Below, one piece after another: positions 13,528 through 26,223 of a stretch of 64,000 bases of DNA. Every line of letters begins with the position of its first letter. The stretch's first letter is position 1. The DNA comes from Nageia nagi. Its lineage: Eukaryota > Plantae > Pinophyta. The stretch spans positions 98,518,001 through 98,582,000 of the forward strand of contig JBITNC010000001.1 of NCBI GenBank assembly GCA_050084985.1. Direction: 5' to 3'. Under the pieces are notes generated by a model that saw nothing but the letters and a program-made list of their open reading frames with translations, was not told the DNA's origin and made no database searches. The position numbers and the translations under genes are program-made.

Positions 13528-16500
13528 ATGAGCATTGATAAGAAAAACAAAGAGCTCCAGATGGAGAAGCTCATGAAGACTACGTCATCACCTTGGAAAA
13601 AAGACAGAAGGTTGCCTTCCCTACAGTTGTGCTAGTAGATGGCCTTGGGCAAATCAGAGACACTAATTGGGTGCATACTGACCCCGTCAAGTCATTAGAG
13701 AAGATGTTAAGATCCCACACGAACGACTGCTCAACGATATACTTGCTCAGTCCAAGATCGTTGAAGCTTCTTTGATCCCTTTTACTACTCCATTCCCAGA
13801 ATTGTGCCTCGAGGTAGCCAGATGCTGCGACATAAAAGAGAGAGTCCTCAATACTAAAGGCACAAAAATACTAGATTTTACTATCAAGGGAAAAGAGAGT
13901 GCATTTGCATGGAGTAACAAGGGCATCATATTCTCCATGAAAGAGTTCATCAGATTCTATAACAACCTGACCAAGCTAGGGAACTCGATAAGAGATTGGC
14001 TAGTTGATGAGTGCAAAGATTACAAGGCAAAAGCCTTAAGTCAACTAAGAAGGATAGACTTCTATCCAACAATCTCGACCATCATCAGTATGTTGTGCAG
14101 GATCATGGGATAAGAGAATGATCAAAGATTTAGAAAGGAATTCGTAGGCTTCATACATCAAATCAGCAAAAGCAAAGGGATCAGATGGAATAAGGTGATC
14201 AATGACTGCATGATTTGTCCAAACTCGTAGAAACGAAAAGATTCTACATGAGCTCTTACTTAGCATTCCTACTTCTACATGGAAAGAATAGAAAATCCAC
14301 CATAGCAGATACCAAGTACCTCTTTGACCTAGAAATACCAGTATGGCGGAGTTACCCAAGATTCATGTTGGAAAACGGTGGGACGAATTCAAAATGATGA
14401 ATGAAGGATTCGAGTGTCTTATATGTTTAGAGATAAAGGGGGCAGTCAATATGACCAGGATATCAGAAGTGGCAATCCAAGTTCTTCGAGAACATGCAGA
14501 TTTTATCTCAAAGAAATAGATGCCACATATATCAGGGTTTACGAGTCAATTGAGCCACCTTACAGACTTCCTCGTTACGCAAGTGATTAGTTCATCCTAA
14601 TGGAACTTTGCAGACACTTGTCATACCTACACGAGAAAGTCTGGTGTAAGAAAGGTGCCACCACATGCAAATTACCTATCCGCATAGAAGAGTATGAATG
14701 CACATCCTAGCATCAAGTCAAAACGATGAAGATGGCGTTTGGCATATTACAACTTCATAGTAGAACATGCGGTAGAGTACTATGATCCTGAAGGTGTGAT
14801 CAATACATTTTACAAGAAAACCTGGCAAACTGATTACCCTCACAAGTCCCTAAGAAAGCTCGAAAGGTACAAAAATATAGATGATATCAAGTAAATCAGC
14901 AATAAACAAGGACTTGGTAGCAGAACAAAAGCTCAAGCAGACCGTGACCAAGAAGAAGAAGAAAAGAGGTCTGCAAAAGGAGAATGCATGAGCCAGGATA
15001 CATCCTTCGATAATCCTTAAGAAGAATCGTCGGATTCCATTTGAACCGCCACCAATTTTACCTTTCGTGAGATTGACATAGGGGCAATTTGGTCAATATG
15101 CCACACTAATTGTTCAACCAGGGCAAGCTATTGATCAGACCATACAGGGATTATCGCAAAAGATAAGAAGCACTAAAAAGATTGGAAGCACTTTGCAACC
15201 ATACAAACGCTTGAAAAAGTTGATGGAAGTCCCTCCCAGAGGTCCATCCCAAGATGGAAAATTATATTATTTTGGCCTTAGTTCTCCTACTTCTCCTCCT
15301 TCTAGTGACAACGAGGATGAATATGAAATTAACAAAGGAGACCTCTTGAAAGAACCCTTAGAAGATGGCCAGATACCAGAAATACCTTACATCTTAGGCG
15401 ATGAATCAGATTCATCAGTCAAGGAGATACTGACCATAAGTCCTCCTATCATAAAAAAACTCGTTCAAGCAACAAGACCTTCATCTACATAGGCTTCCAC
15501 ACCTCGATAACCGAAGAAGATACCTCCAAGTAAGAGAAAACCTCCACCACTTGCTTCCAGAAGAACCCTAGCTTCCAAAGATACAGCTTCCTCATTAGGA
15601 GGGGATGGAGGAAATGAAGAGGATGAAAGTGAAAATGAAAACCATAGGAAGAAAAAGAGAGAGGACCAACATCAAGGGAATCTCGAGATACAAGTGACTA
15701 TAGTTGCTAATCCTGAGCCATGTTACAATTTCGACATGGCAATGCTCTTAAAAAACTTAAGAGCATATCATCCATCCAAAGCCCATGCCAACCTTGAAAC
15801 CAATCAAGATTCAAAGAATGAACTTGAGCATGTAGCCACTTACATCTCAATGAAAGATAATTTCATCGTCACAGATACTGTTGCTGCAGGAAGGAAAAGG
15901 AATGTTGATGGAGAATTTGCATTAGTGGTGGAAACACGAGAAGAGCCATGTAAAGCAATCGAAACTTTGGATAGGCAACATGCAATAGGTTCTAATGTTG
16001 CAGCACTGATAGAGGAGAACACATCATAGAAGGTAGAGCTCAGGGAGCTAAAAAGAGAATTGTCTAAAAAGAGGAAGTTGACTGTTGATATCCAAGCCGC
16101 TAACTTAACAGTTGAAGACATCAAGAAGCAGATCTCATTGAATATTGTGATCCAAGCAATCAAAGAAGAGTGGGTAAAGGAAACCAAGGAGGCTATTCAA
16201 GAGTTATTCCTAGGAATAACTAATTTTTTCATTCAAGATAATGGATCATTCATCGCTCAAAACAAGATCCATGAATTGATTGTTAGGTGGGGCAATAGTT
16301 ATCAAATGATGCATGAGCTAAAAAGAAAAGTTGTTGGCATGCCAATAATATTGGAATATTGTCATCAATTATTTTACTAATATGATTGGCTATTCTATGT
16401 TGTTTCAAAATGTCAAGATTTCATCCAAGTTTGAACAAATTTCAAGGTAGATATGAGGAAACAACTAGCAAACTACCAGTTTGATCTGAGGCTAATCGAG

Positions 16501-16806
16501 GAAGACAAACACAGTAAGGACTACTCCATAATAATAAATGAGGTCCAACTAGTGATCAACACTTACCTTGAAACTGAAGATATTAATGTCCTCAAATCCG
16601 GCAAACAGCTCAAATATGGCAACAATATGGTAGTATGGTGCAACGAAATGAAGAAGACTTCAAAGACCATCACCACATATCTATTGGCAAATGAAGGGAT
16701 AATGGAGATTCTCAACACAGGAATCAAAAATAGAAAAACCTTCATGGGTGCTAACTTCGAGGCAACCATCACATCACATGTGCAAACCACAAATTTGCCA
16801 TCGTAA
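13528..16806 (+). pseudogene. Decayed ~1,090-codon retroelement accessory ORF of unknown function
   Basis: Collinear + strand ORF fragments (13593, 13772, 14215, 15193, 15694, 16060, 16453) separated by stops and frameshifts. Motifs IISMLCRIMG, IRWNKVINDC, RFYMSSYLAF, YIRVY..IEPPYRLPRY, then acidic/Pro-rich and coiled-coil-like C-terminal parts. No gag/RT/INT motifs. Confidence 0.7.
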
Positions 16807-17012
16807 ATTTTGTCATCTCCAAAATTTTGAAAATTTTGTAAATCAGTCAACCAGGAAAGTTAAGCACCAAAACTCAACCAACCCTGCTCTCCTGATCAGT
16901 CATCCTAGCAAATAGAGCACCAAAAGTCAGCTGACTCAATCGTAGCAAGCAATTATGTAATATTTTAATTTTTTTTATAGAATTAAGGAAACACTTGGAA
17001 CCCTAGAAATTC

Positions 17013-17034
17013 TATAAATAGACCCCATGGGGTC
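17013..17034 (+). promoter_or_regulatory. Second TATA box plus a perfect 14-bp palindrome (probable element promoter near the U3/R boundary)
   Basis: TATAAATA immediately followed by GACCCCATGGGGTC. Confidence 0.5.
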
Positions 17035-20000
17035 ACTTTTATGCAAAATGAAAGTTTGGAACTTTTTTAAAGAGTGAAAATTTTGAAAAAAAATTCAAAG
17101 TTTTTTGTAAAAGAAGAAATTTGTGTAAACTTTTCTGTAACTCTTTTGCAAATCTAATACAAAGTGGTTACATATTTCCTCAAGAGAATTGTCGTGCATG
17201 GAGTGGTGAATGGGTTTCATTTGTGGCTCTCTTTCACAATTCAAATATTTTTGCTTCTTTCCTTGAAAACTCAGGAGTTTTAGGAAAAAATTGTTCAAAC
17301 TTTAAAAAATATCTTGAATTACTTCAAGTTTGCCATCTTTTGCCTCTTGCACATTTAAACAAAATGTATTCTGAATTTGTTTGTTTTCTACATCTTATTT
17401 GAACTTTTTTTTCAAACTTGGTTCCAAAGTGAGCATTTTATGTTGTTTCCTTTGATCACATCAATCTCGTCTGCGAAGTATCGACAATCGACCCCGCTTC
17501 TTGCTCTATATTTAAAGCTAATTGGACAATAATCATTCACTTTGAACTAGATTGAATGAACCGAAACTTGATAACCGATTAGAAAATGTCTCATTTTAAA
17601 CAATGCTTTGTTGTGACAATCGCCTTGTGACTTAACTAGTATTGGATCATTCTCACCCTTTTCCTATTTTTATTTGCTTATTTTATCTTTCTTGCATTCT
17701 TTTTTTTATAAAACCAGAGCAACTTTCAATCATCGCAAAAACATTGTCCCTATAAAAAACGTGAGTTAACAGCTTCTACCTCTATCTAACCAGTTGAGTC
17801 CACTCCTTTAATCATATAAAATTGTGCTACTTCAACAACAACACGAATTATCTCACCTAAATGTTGGGTGCTTTCCCGTGCAGGTGATCCTTGGTCGGTA
17901 GGAAAGGTTTCCATCCCAACAATACATTAGATGGATAAGACCAACATACTTTACATATAGTTGAAATAAAATAGGTAAGCTAGTATTGGAATATTTACTA
18001 TTGCTCCATCAAATGGAAATATGCAATTCAACTATAGTTGTATATTTAGATTTAAAGGTTCTTTTCTATTTATTAGTTATAACTTGGAATTCCTTGCAAG
18101 CAACTATGTGGAATGATTATCATATTTAAACATGGAATTTGTTATGACATAAAACTCTTGCAATATAAAAACTCTTGACAAGACTTAATTTTCATATTTA
18201 AAAGAATGGCAATTAACTACAATATAACTATTTGTGAACTAGAATTGAAACATAAATATCTTGGAATTGATAAGCTTGGAATATTGAATTCAAGATATTG
18301 CATATCTTAGAGGTTATTGTGAACAATTGTACGCAATATAAATTAAGAAATTTATGCAGGTATCAATATGTATACTTAGGGTAAATGGTGAGGTAGCATT
18401 GAAGTCCTCTGACAAGAAAGGGTGTTGTGGCATTGGACCTACTCACAAGAAATAGTGATGTAGTGTTATGACCTATTCACAAGAAATGGTGATCTGTAAT
18501 AATATTTTGTCTCATACGGATTGTTTAATTTTTGTCTTGTTACCTTACGTAGAAAAGAGATAAATTACCAAGTACAAAAGCATAACACATGAACCAAGAA
18601 ATTAAATACACCAAAAAAAAGGTTTACTCAAAAGCTCTTTATTCTATGGACTTATATAAAATCCTCCCTGGTCTATCTCTCTATTACAACACTTAGAATT
18701 TTCCACTGTCTCTTCACCTCTTTTTCTCCCATAGACTAGCAAAAATATTGACTCCCAAAAAAAAATAAAACTAACTAATCTTCCTTTTATAAATTTAAGG
18801 AAGCTATTCAACAATAATATGTTACAACCATTAATTGACTTGACACCACGTAGAGATAATCTAGGTTATCGCCACCAACCAATCCCATCTCTACTTGGTC
18901 TCCTTCAAATTAGTCATAACCACTAAAGACTTTACAAATCATAAAATTTGCCATATCGTAAATTATAAAATAGCTCACATGATGAATACTATCTCCCCTC
19001 CTATTTTTAAGGGAGATAAAAACAACAACACTACTATTTAACATTTGCCAAATTTTTTTTCAAACACTAAAATAGTCTAACAAATTCTATATTAAAAATC
19101 TAAAAATACCAAATAACAAATATCAATATTCAGACCCAAAATAGAGTAAAAAAAATGGCATTCTCCTTTTCCCTTTGTTGGTGACTATGCATTGGTTGAG
19201 TTGGCAACTCACTAGCTAGGCATGGGCATTGGCAGGTATGTGTTAGGCATCCGACATTTAGGATCCCCCACATTGGATTAGTCATGGCTCCACAGTGGCC
19301 CCCATTAGTCTTCAATGGTGGTCGGCTCCTATGGCAGCTCTCACATCGACAATCAAACCTTCCCCTTCCCATTGGTTCCCAAGGCTGGCTGATGATAGGT
19401 TTTTGTAAAACCAAGCATTTATTTCCATCGCACGACCTTCTATGCACAGCATTGGATCTCCCACGCACATCTCAACATTGGTTGGCGATCAAGGTTTTCA
19501 CGTGGCGACTTCTTTTTGTTCCTTTGTGTCCATGTGGGCTTCGACAACTTTACCAAGCACAAGCCCTCAACCATATGTGAGATCCTCACAATTTGGGCTC
19601 CACTTTGCATTCCCTACGTAACCAATCGGCCTAGAAATCTCCAACTCGCGACCCCTCACTTCACCTCAACTCCCTGCATGACATGTCCGATCTGGTGTAA
19701 ACATCGCATCAACCTCCTTTGCAACACGAGTCCCACCCTAAGTTTGTGGCAACCAATCCTTGACGTGTACATCATCAGCCACTCCCAACACATCCTGTTT
19801 GGTGGGGTTTGACCTCTATTACTCCACATCAAATCTGAGTGAGGCGACGCCTTTTGACACAATGGCATGACATTTCGTGGCCCCCCTATGCTGGCCCTTT
19901 TCATTAAAAAAAAAACAAGTTGACCTTTTTTTTTTACATAATGGGCTTAATATATTTTTTTTTAATCTTTTATTTTTTTAACAATAATTTTTTTTGTATT

Positions 20001-20329
20001 TAATAAAAAAATACAAAAATTATCGAAACTTCAAACCTTCACAAATCACAATCCAGGAGTCAATTTTACACGTCGTTTGAAGTGACAGAATCGTCAGGGA
20101 GAGAACCTTTGATGTGAAGTTCTTATTTTGTTGCAATGAGACGATCCAATTTTGGATCAATTGGTGATGTAGTGTTCTGATTAGAAATGATAAATGAGGT
20201 ACATGTTTGCTGCTACAATTCAAGCAAGTTAGTTTTGAATTGCTAGATGGAAGGCCTTTTGTGGTTTGGAAAACCAAAATAAAAATGTAGAACTATGTAA
20301 TTGAGATTAAAAATAAATAAAAATTATCA

Positions 20330-21130
20330 TGCCTCATAACTCTAATAATCCTCTATGGCTTTGAAGTTTAAGATGGAAGAATTTTCGATGAAACATGAAA
20401 TAAAATTGAGCAAATCCAAAACAAATTCATTGTTTATAACTTCAAAATTGAAAATAACACATCATACCCTATCCTTGTCATAGAAGCTAGTCTACTCCCT
20501 ATTGAAAGCAAAGCTCTAAGATGATATATATTATACAACTATAAATTAACAAAGTTAGACAATCATAGACTTCCTCTAATTGCTCAATATAGTTTCTTAA
20601 CCAATCAACATATTGGCTAAAAGACTTTGATAAGTGTCTTGATTTTTGAGGCATACACAATAATATAACCCCTTCAAATAATAGCAAAGTAAAATTATGA
20701 TCACAAAACTTTAACATCTATCCTACCAATATAAGATTATCAATCTCAAAAAGAAACTTATGATCGCAAAAATAAAGAACTGATTTGCAATAACTGTATA
20801 GTGAAATAGGTAGATAAACAATTCCTAAAACATGGGATAAAAGAGTTTATAGGTTTTGAAAACTAAATGGCATAGAATGTGAGACTCATTTCCTTCTTAT
20901 CTACCAATTTTACAAAGACATTAGGTAAACCTATAATGATATTTGTAATTACATCCTTATCCATGAATTTTTAAAACAAAATAAGCTTGGATATCTTATC
21001 ATAAATCTTAATTTTGTTAGAATCCATCATTTGAATACATAAACGAATATATATTTATCTTTGGACAAATTTTGATAGGTCCCACAAACCATTAGATTTA
21101 AAGGACATTCAAAGACACCATTCATTCATT
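20330..21130 (+). mobile_element. LINE (RTE-like) 3' remnant with an (ATTC)n tail
   Basis: Aligns with the 23140-23815 fragment (..SEIGR..., ETHFLL, tail TTTTGATAGGTCC.ACAA..C.TT.GA.TT.AAAGGACA) and ends CATTCATTCATT. Confidence 0.6.
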
Positions 21131-21519
21131 TAGATTTTTTTCTTGAAAAAACCATTAAGCCTACCCTAAGAGCATATATTCAAGTAAATGATCTTTTGTG
21201 GTTGCATATGTATGTTATTAAAGTAATGAACTTGTTAATAAACTTTTTCAAATGCCATTATTTTCTTGATTTTGGTTTCTAGCATATGTTGAGTGGCCAC
21301 TATTTAATATTAATTTAATTTAATATAGCTTTCTTTTTAATAACCATTTCATCATATGCTACTTGAGAAACATGTTAAAAAGTCTATAATTTTTTTGTAA
21401 TTTTTTTTTTTCATCATTTTGGAGTTTTAAAGGTCTTTAAAACAAAGGCATAAATACACCCTAAAAAAATGCCATATTTTTTGGGAAAACATCAACTTTA
21501 AAAAAAATGCATATTTTTA

Positions 21520-24392
21520 AAAAATATGCATTTTAAAGGAATTTTTCTAAGCCATGGTTATTACAAAAAAATTGTAAAGAACTATGGGAAAAGAGTAGCC
21601 CCACTAATAGTCCTCACAAAGAAGGGTGTTTTCATTCAAATAGAAAAAGCAATTCAAGTATTTGAAGAACTAAAAAAGATAATATATTGTACTCTAATTT
21701 TGGCTACTTTAATTTTTCCAATCCATTAGTAATTAAGTGTGATATTTAGGACTAGATATTGGAGTTGCAATGATACAAAAGATCAAGAGCCATTTGGAAA
21801 AACTTGAAAAAGTCTAAATCTAAAAAAGAAACATTGGTTACTTTTCACATCAATTGACAAATGGAAACCATTTTAATGGAAAGAAACTTTGAAATCAAGA
21901 CTAACCATTGCAACCTCAAATACTTCTTGGAGCAAATGCTATCATGTCTAAAACGACATAAATAGCTAACTAAAATGCTTGGCAGTGATTTTGAAATTGA
22001 TTATAAGAAAGGCAACGAGAATGCATTTATTGATACATTTTACAAATAATTTGAAAGAGCTGCAATGTTGGCAATCTCATTATATCTTTCATTAGATTCA
22101 CCAAATATGGAAGGAATGGAAGAAGGATCCACAAACAACTCGAACTATATATAAGTTAACAAAAGGAGAATTATTGACAAAATTCACATGGCAAGAACAA
22201 GTGTTGAGATATGATAAATCAATAATAAAATAATTGTGGCCTTAGCTTCTCAAATTAAGAATTAGATTTTATAAGAGTTATATGATTATCCATCATCAAG
22301 ACATTTGGGATTTTTCATGACTTGTCTATTGACAAAGAATGAAAGAGGACATTTTGTGAAGTGTGACACAGGCCAATGCAACAACAAAGAATCATAAAGG
22401 CACAAAGACATTCACAACCATTACATATTCTACAAACTTTAAAATGACATACCTATGAACTTCATCACAAACCTCCTAAACCTAAAGGATATATGGTCAT
22501 TTTGGTGGTAGTATATAAGCTATGTAAGTATGCAATTTTTTGTTCATTACAACACCCTGTCACAACAAGCAAGGTGGTGAGGGTTTTTCTTGTATTAGAT
22601 CTTTAAGCTCCATAGTATGCCTAAAAGCATTGTGTGTGATAGAGATCCCATATTCACCAATTGTTTTTTGAAGCAATCACTTTGGTGGTAGTATACAGGT
22701 TGTCTAAGTATGCAATTATTTTTACATTACAACACCCTTTCACAACAAGCAAGGTAGAGAAGGTTTTTCTTGGATAAGATCTTTTGGCTCGAGAAGGTTT
22801 TTCTTGGATAAGATCTTTTGGCTCAATAGCATGCCTAAACACATTGTGTGTAGTATATGTCCCATATACACCAATTGATTTGGAAGGAGCTATTGAGGAT
22901 CAGAGACACTAAGTTAAATATGAGTTCAGCATATCATCCACAAACGGAACGGGCAAGCAGGGGTTGTAAACAAATGTTAAAGAGCTTACTTAAGATGTTT
23001 TGCACAAGCTTAGTAGCACCAATGGGTGAAATGGCTATCATTAGCAAAGTGGTGGTAATACAACCACACTTACCTACAATTATGTTTCCTTTTGAAGAAT
23101 TGTATAGAAGTGCAAATGGTTCAAAAGACTTAACCAATGGCTATCCTTAAATTACTTGTAGCCATCCAACAAACTTACCCAACTCATCAATGTCTTAAAA
23201 GAGTTCATCTGAAAGTTTTTGATAAATGGCTTGATTTCAAGGCCTACACACAACATAACCCCTTCTAATAACAATAAATTGGAAGTCCAAAAAACAAATA
23301 AATTAATTCACAAATTTTGGAATGATAACATCAATGATAAAAGAAAACACTCTTACAATAAAAGTATCATTAATCCAAAAGCTGAACATCCTTCATATCC
23401 ACATAAGATTATTAATTTCAAAATGAAACTTGCGAATACAAAATTAAGAACTAATTCACATGAACTTCATACTGAAATCGGTAGATGGACAACACCAAAA
23501 ACACCTTGGTATTAAAAAATTTGTTAATTTTGTAACCTAAATGTCATGGAAGATGAGACGCATTTTCTCTTTTTTTACTCACTCTACAAAGACATAAGAG
23601 AAACATACAAAGGTATTTGTAATTACAACTCAATCCACGAATTCTTAAACCAAGAAATCAAAACAAGCTTGGTGATTTCATTATACAGGTTAAATATATG
23701 AGAAACAATCATTCAAATACTTGATAAAAATGTATTTTTTTATCTAAACAAATTTTGATAGGTCCTACAAGCCTTTGAATTTCAAAGGACAGTAAAAGAC
23801 TTATCATATAATATCATAGACTTGGATCCTCTAAAGTAGAAGAATTGAATAAATTCATGAAGCAATAGCATGAAGTAATGAAGATTCTCAAGAATGATCT
23901 TTGCCAAGTACAAAACAGAATGAAGCAGCAAAAAGATCAGCACCATTCAAAATGGAGATTTGAAGTTGTGGACATAGTATTTTTTAGGTTACAACCTTAC
24001 AAACAATCATTCCTAAAAACAAAAGTCAAGCAAAAGTTAGCTCCAAAATTTTAAGGCCCATAAAAAGTATTGAAGAAAGTACAAGTGTGGCATATCAATT
24101 GAAAATTTGAAACTACCACAAACTTCCAAGATACACAATGTTTTTTATGTTACTTGTTTGAAACAGGTGATAAAAGTACAAGAACAAATACAGCTTCCCA
24201 AATTGAATGAGAAAAAGATCATGTTGGAACCAAAAGTACTAAAAGAGTGAGAAAGGAACTTTAGACAACATTCAATGTGTGATGTACTCATCAAGTTGAA
24301 GGACCTTCCAAATAAAGGCATGACTTGGGAACTAGTGGAGATCCTACAGAAGTATGCAGCTTTGAGGACAAAGGTTTCTAAAGGAAAAGGGC
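21520..24392 (+). mobile_element. Decayed Ty3/gypsy chromovirus pol (end of RT, RNaseH, INT, chromodomain)
   Basis: GYYKKIVKNYG..APL..LTKK, TNHCNLKYFLEQ, MSSAYHPQT, KLAPKF*GP, chromodomain VLIKLKDLP...TWE. Purine tract at ~24379-24391. Interrupted by a LINE fragment. Confidence 0.85.
23140..23815 (+). mobile_element. LINE 3' fragment inserted in the gypsy integrase
   Basis: KLRTNSHELHTEIGRW...ICxFCNLNVMEDETHFLF, the C-terminal zinc-finger-like region of a LINE ORF2, followed by a short repetitive tail. Confidence 0.8.
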
Positions 24393-24393
24393 A

Positions 24394-24936
24394 TGGCACA
24401 GCCTCAATATACTCCATGATAACTATAGTTGTATTTGATTGGTTTGGGCCAATTGGTTAGGAATATTCAGCTACAAACTTTAAGGATTAGTGCTAGGTGT
24501 GGAATTATCTATAAATAAGGATGTGAAGTACTCTAACGATCATCATCAAGTATTCTTTATTTAATTCCATCATTGTAAGCAAGATTTGAAGATTGCCCTA
24601 TCAAAGTGATTGAGAAACATACCCTCTCAAAATGGTGAAACATACCCTCTCAAAATGGTGACTACATTTGAGGATTCCATATTTGTATCAGATATTTCAA
24701 ATTTCGACTCTTGCAATCATTATGTACATTTTGTTGTTCATTGATTTCTATTGTGAATCGAGAAAGTATTGTTTGTTTCTATAAATGCCAAGTTGTGTCA
24801 TTCTGATTACATGAATGGGCGTGGGAGTGTTTAGTGGCACCTAGTTCTCTGATATTTGCATCCAAAAGATTTCATTGATTTTGCTACTTTCTTCCTTTGC
24901 AATTTTTTGAGTCTATATACACACAGAGACCTTGCA
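24394..24936 (+). repeat. Probable 3' LTR of the chromovirus
   Basis: Follows the PPT. Contains CTATAAATAAG (~24509) and a 23-bp tandem duplication (~24615-24660). Right end approximate. Confidence 0.5.
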
Positions 24937-25469
24937 TGATTAATTAGATACAACTGTCACTGTTAAGGTAATGGATCAAACTGAATTAGTAAGTTACATG
25001 AACAGGCACGAGGGTTTTGGTGGCCAACTGTCACCTCAATCACAAAAATCACTGGTCAGAGCACCTTACTTATGGGCATACACTTTCGTAAATAAACATC
25101 TTCCATTTCCTGCAAGCACTTGGTACTCTCCCTTTTCTATGTTTGCCTTGTGCTTGATGAAAAACTTTTCATGTCCTTTGATCTTTATACATGCATGCAA
25201 GAGTATGTTGTTCATGTTTTTATTTTGAATACTTTGCAATGCTTTTCCAGTTGTGCAATAAGGTCGCTGTCACTGACAATGCAACAACAATGTTGACATA
25301 CCATGATAACTTCAAAACATAAATGAATAGCCTACATTATTTAGATCACACATATTAATAGCATAAACGTTATGTTAAACTCACCGTAAGTTTACTCTTC
25401 CTATGATTTTTAAAATTTAACAAGTTCTGAAGTTACAAAAAATGAGGTGCATGTTTACATAAAAGCAAT

Positions 25470-25830
25470 ATAATTGTTCAACTGTATCTAAATCAACTTT
25501 TCTGATGTTTTGTCAAAAGAATTTCTGTGTTTATTTAGGAAATCCATTCTGATAAATTTCTGGTAAACCAGTGAATATGAACACCATAAGGGTGTTGTAG
25601 ACATTTTGAAACAAATAAATCAATCTCGTAGGTACATATTTAAATAAAAAAAATACAATTGTTCAATTGTATTTAAATCAACTTTTCTGATGTGTCAAGG
25701 ATTGTTGTCTGAGACTTTCTTTGTGTTTATTTAGACCGTCCATTCTAACAACTTTCTAATAAGTGTCAACGATGAATATGAACACCAAAAAGCCATTGTA
25801 GTTGAAACAAATAATTCAATCTCAGAAGTA
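25470..25830. repeat. Diverged ~185-bp tandem duplication downstream of the tetraspanin stop
   Basis: AATTGTTCAA(C/T)TGTAT(C/T)TAAATCAACTTTTCTGATG...GAATATGAACACCA...GAAACAAATAA at ~25472 and ~25657. Confidence 0.75.
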
Positions 25831-26154
25831 GAGAATAAATTTAGCCCTTCATGTTTTTAAACGAATTCAATGGTCATTTACATCATGTGACAGTTCTAGG
25901 GTTTAGAAAGTTCAAAGTGATATTAAGACGCACATTATATGTTTTCAAATAGGAGTTCTGGCTCTTCATAAAATATACATAAATTATTTCTCATTTTCAT
26001 TCAAATAAACAAGGATAAACATCCAAGATTCCCTCCTATAATAACATTCAAGGCCAAATAATTTATGTGCATCTTATCTAATCAGTGGACTGAAAATACA
26101 AGATCTTAAATCATCACTGTATATTTTTCTATATTACGAATCCAAATTTCAGAC

Positions 26155-26223
26155 TCACATTTTAGAGTGATGCGCACTGGAAGCATTTCGTCTGGCATAG
26201 CATCCAACGCAATAGAGAAGAAC
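26155..26223 (-). CDS. TET10: TET10-like last coding exon (VLLYCVGCYARRN...KM*)
   Basis: ttgcag|GTT...ATG TGA, 69 nt. A GTGAGT donor overlaps the stop. Confidence 0.88.
   Translation of the reverse strand, partial: VLLYCVGCYARRNASSAHHSKM

Larger units (their letters stand above)
11153..17921 (+). mobile_element. 6.77-kb TG...CA unit, probable giant solo LTR containing a gene-like ORF
   Basis: Starts TGTGCCCG and ends CCCAACA. Flanks GTACA / ATACA (4/5 TSD). No PBS after it, no PPT before it, no terminal direct repeat and no gag/pol motifs. Two TATA boxes (12777, 17013). Confidence 0.6.
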
